Shown piece by piece: positions 61,921 to 64,000 of a stretch of DNA of 64,000 nt; the first letter of the stretch is position 1; each line of letters starts with the position of its first letter. Location of the stretch: contig OZ219788.1 in the NCBI GenBank assembly GCA_964291285.2, positions 1 to 64,000 of the forward strand, written 5' to 3'. The DNA comes from Alphaproteobacteria bacterium (GTDB lineage Bacteria > Pseudomonadota > Alphaproteobacteria > Bin95). The notes under the pieces were generated by a model. It was not told where the DNA came from. It did no database searches and saw only the letters and a list, made by a program, of their open reading frames with translations. The position numbers were made by a program, and so were the translations under genes.

Positions 61921-63099
61921 CTACAGGGCGCTTTCCAGGATTTCCAGGATGTCCCCGACGCCGCGCACCGGGCGGGGATTGGCGAGGACGAAGGGCTCGC
62001 GCATCGCCTGCCCGGCGATCTCCGGGAAGCGGTCCCGTCCGACGCCGACATCGCCGAGCCGCGACGGCAGGCCGAGGCGCGCGACCAGTTCGGCCACGAG
62101 GTCGGCCGCCGGGCGGTCCGGCCGGCCCATCGCCTCCGACACGACCCGCTGGCGCTCTGCGCCCCCCTCGGCCTGCCGGTTCCAGCGCAGCACCGGCGCC
62201 AGCATCACGCAGGAGGTGTAGCCGTGCGGCACGTCGCAGGCGCCGCCGAGGACATGGCCGATGCCGTGGCTGGCCCCGACCCGCACCCCGGCCGTGACGC
62301 CGGCCATCGACATCCACGCGCCGAGCTGGCTTTCGAGCCGCGCATCGACATCCTCCGGCGCCGCCTTCGATGCCGCGAGCGAGCGGGCCAGGAGCTTGAG
62401 GGCGTGCAGGTTCATGGCGTCGGTATACGGGTTGGCGCCGGGCGCGCAGAGCCCCTCGACCGCATGGTCCACCGCCCGGATGCCGGTCGAGAACCAGAGC
62501 CAGTCCGGCGTGTGGAGCGCGGCCCGGGGATCCAGCACCACCGAGGTCGGGATCATGTCCGGGTGTTCGTAGCCCTGCTTCTCCGGGATGCGCGTGTCGG
62601 TGCTGCCCTGGTAGTGGTAGTACTCGCCGCCCGAGAGCGTCGTCGGCACGGCGACCTGGCCGATGTCCGGGCCCCGGAACTCCGGCCTCGTCCTGGTGCC
62701 GTCGGGCCGGACGACCGTGCGGAAGGGCTCCATGTCGTCCACGGTTTCGAGCCCGTGCGCCAGCGCGAGGCGCGCCATCTTGCCGACGCCGGAGGCCGAA
62801 CTGCCGCCGACGGTCACGACCAGGTCCGCCTTCGCCGCGCGGGCGTCGCGGGCCGCGGCGATCACCGTTTCGCGGTGGACATGGGCCGGGATTCCCTCGA
62901 ACAGCCCCGCGGCGCGGTTGCCGAGCCCCCTGCCGATCTCCGAGACGACATCGCTCCCGCGGTTCAGGGTGCGGCTCGCGATCAGGAAGACGCGCTCCGC
63001 CCCGAGCCGGCCGGCCTCTTCCGCGACGACCTCCGCCGCGGGCCGTCCCCACACGACCCTCTGCATCCGCGAGAATTCGACCTGCCCCGCCTTCGCCAT
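61921..63099 (-). CDS. Iron-containing alcohol dehydrogenase (maleylacetate reductase-like)
   Basis: VGGSS, VPTTLSGGE, DHAVE, SHGIGH and PHG motifs. Confidence 0.88.
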   Translation of the reverse strand: MAKAGQVEFSRMQRVVWGRPAAEVVAEEAGRLGAERVFLIASRTLNRGSDVVSEIGRGLGNRAAGLFEGIPAHVHRETVIAAARDARAAKADLVVTVGGSSASGVGKMARLALAHGLETVDDMEPFRTVVRPDGTRTRPEFRGPDIGQVAVPTTLSGGEYYHYQGSTDTRIPEKQGYEHPDMIPTSVVLDPRAALHTPDWLWFSTGIRAVDHAVEGLCAPGANPYTDAMNLHALKLLARSLAASKAAPEDVDARLESQLGAWMSMAGVTAGVRVGASHGIGHVLGGACDVPHGYTSCVMLAPVLRWNRQAEGGAERQRVVSEAMGRPDRPAADLVAELVARLGLPSRLGDVGVGRDRFPEIAGQAMREPFVLANPRPVRGVGDILEILESAL

Positions 63100-63102
63100 G
63101 CT

Positions 63103-63813
63103 TCAGCCCCTTCCAAATGCGATGCGCCAGCCCCGGAGCCGCAACGGCCCGGCGGCGCGCGAATCGGAGAGATCGTAGTCCAGCCGGTCGAGTTTTCGGA
63201 TATAGCCGCGCGTGAGCGCCGCGAGCGCGCGCCCATAGCCGTCCCGGGCGGGCGACAGCAGCGCCCGGGCCTGCTCCGCGACGGCGCGCGGCCCGGCGCC
63301 TTCCGGCAATGTCCAGCCGAAGAAGGCGGCGGCGCGCAGCCAGCCGACAAGCGCCCAGGCCGTGCCGATGTCCTCGCTGCCCGCCCGCCCGCTGACGATC
63401 TGCCCCGCAAGCGCCGCCAGGGTGCCGCCCGTCTCCCGCGCATAGGCCGGCAGGTCGGCGGGCGGCCCGGCTTCGAGGTCCGCTTGGCGCGCATCGAGAA
63501 GGCGGCCGAAGCCCTCTTCCGGCAGGTCGTGCCTGCGGATGGCGGCCGCCAGCGGCTGCAGCACGGCGTGGCGGCGCTCCCGGCCCGCGGCGGCTTCCCC
63601 GAGCGCGTCGCGCCACCATTGGAGCCGCATGGCGCCGAGCGCCGGCTCGCCCACGGTCTCGCGCAGCTGCGCCACCTCGAGATTGAAGGCGTGCAGCGCA
63701 TACAGACCGGGCCTGCTTTCCGCCGGCTGGAAGGCGATGACGGCCGCGCGGTCCGGGTCGAAACGGCAGACCCGGTCCTTGCAATAGGCGGCGTCGTCAT
63801 TCGATTCGGCCAT
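63103..63813 (-). CDS. Squalene/phytoene synthase family protein
   Basis: LYALHAFNLEVA...GAMRLQWWRD...LLDARQADL...YARETGG. Confidence 0.85.
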   Translation of the reverse strand: MAESNDDAAYCKDRVCRFDPDRAAVIAFQPAESRPGLYALHAFNLEVAQLRETVGEPALGAMRLQWWRDALGEAAAGRERRHAVLQPLAAAIRRHDLPEEGFGRLLDARQADLEAGPPADLPAYARETGGTLAALAGQIVSGRAGSEDIGTAWALVGWLRAAAFFGWTLPEGAGPRAVAEQARALLSPARDGYGRALAALTRGYIRKLDRLDYDLSDSRAAGPLRLRGWRIAFGRG

Positions 63814-64000
63814 GGTCCATTGTATTCGGGACGGGAAGTGTCGAAAGCCCGGACGGCTCTTCGAATTCGAGGCGGCATTGCAATGGCGGTTCGAGACAGA
63901 TCGCGGGAGCCGGCGGCCTGCCCGCAAACGGCACTCCGCCGGGCTTTGCGGCCGGAAAATCCCCAGCGGCAACGCAAACGCCGCTTGCTTTTCAGGGCCG

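Overview
High-GC alphaproteobacterial chromosome segment. The FN3/Calx-beta-rich secreted proteins, dense REP-like repeats and many decayed ISs resemble a host-associated symbiont, but that is inference. Left part (1-8.3 kb): an outer-membrane locus with a 5'-truncated porin, a TbpB-like surface lipoprotein, a Slam/T11SS translocon and a second lipoprotein, plus a dead higBA module split by an intact IS1634 (5-bp TSD). Main result: 9128-43430 is a ~34.3-kb integrative mobilizable element carrying a P4-type tyrosine integrase, MobF/TrwC relaxase, ssb, DUF2493, RecD2 and a five-zinc-finger protein. It sits inside the transposase gene of an IS5/IS427-group element. The two IS halves, at 9.0 and 43.4-44.2 kb, rejoin in frame through a 12-bp direct repeat TGAA(G/A)CGTTTGA. 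Its cargo includes decayed defence genes (HTH-SNF2, dcm/vsr, AIPR, HEPN, PIN TA), an Rpn gene, IS630, two inverted copies of a 1939-bp IS, and modular fibronectin-III genes with a poly-C frame switch in their leader. Right part (44.4-64 kb): core genes (ThDP acyl-CoA lyase, epoxide hydrolase, TauD-like dioxygenase, dnaE with an AT-rich internal patch, AbrB, nadK, moaA, Fe-ADH, phytoene-synthase-like), a REP-like repeat cluster, an FN3 autotransporter with a 23x heptamer switch, a repeat-flanked GIY-YIG nuclease and an alphaproteobacterial LexA box. All family calls come from motif recognition by eye; no database searches were run.
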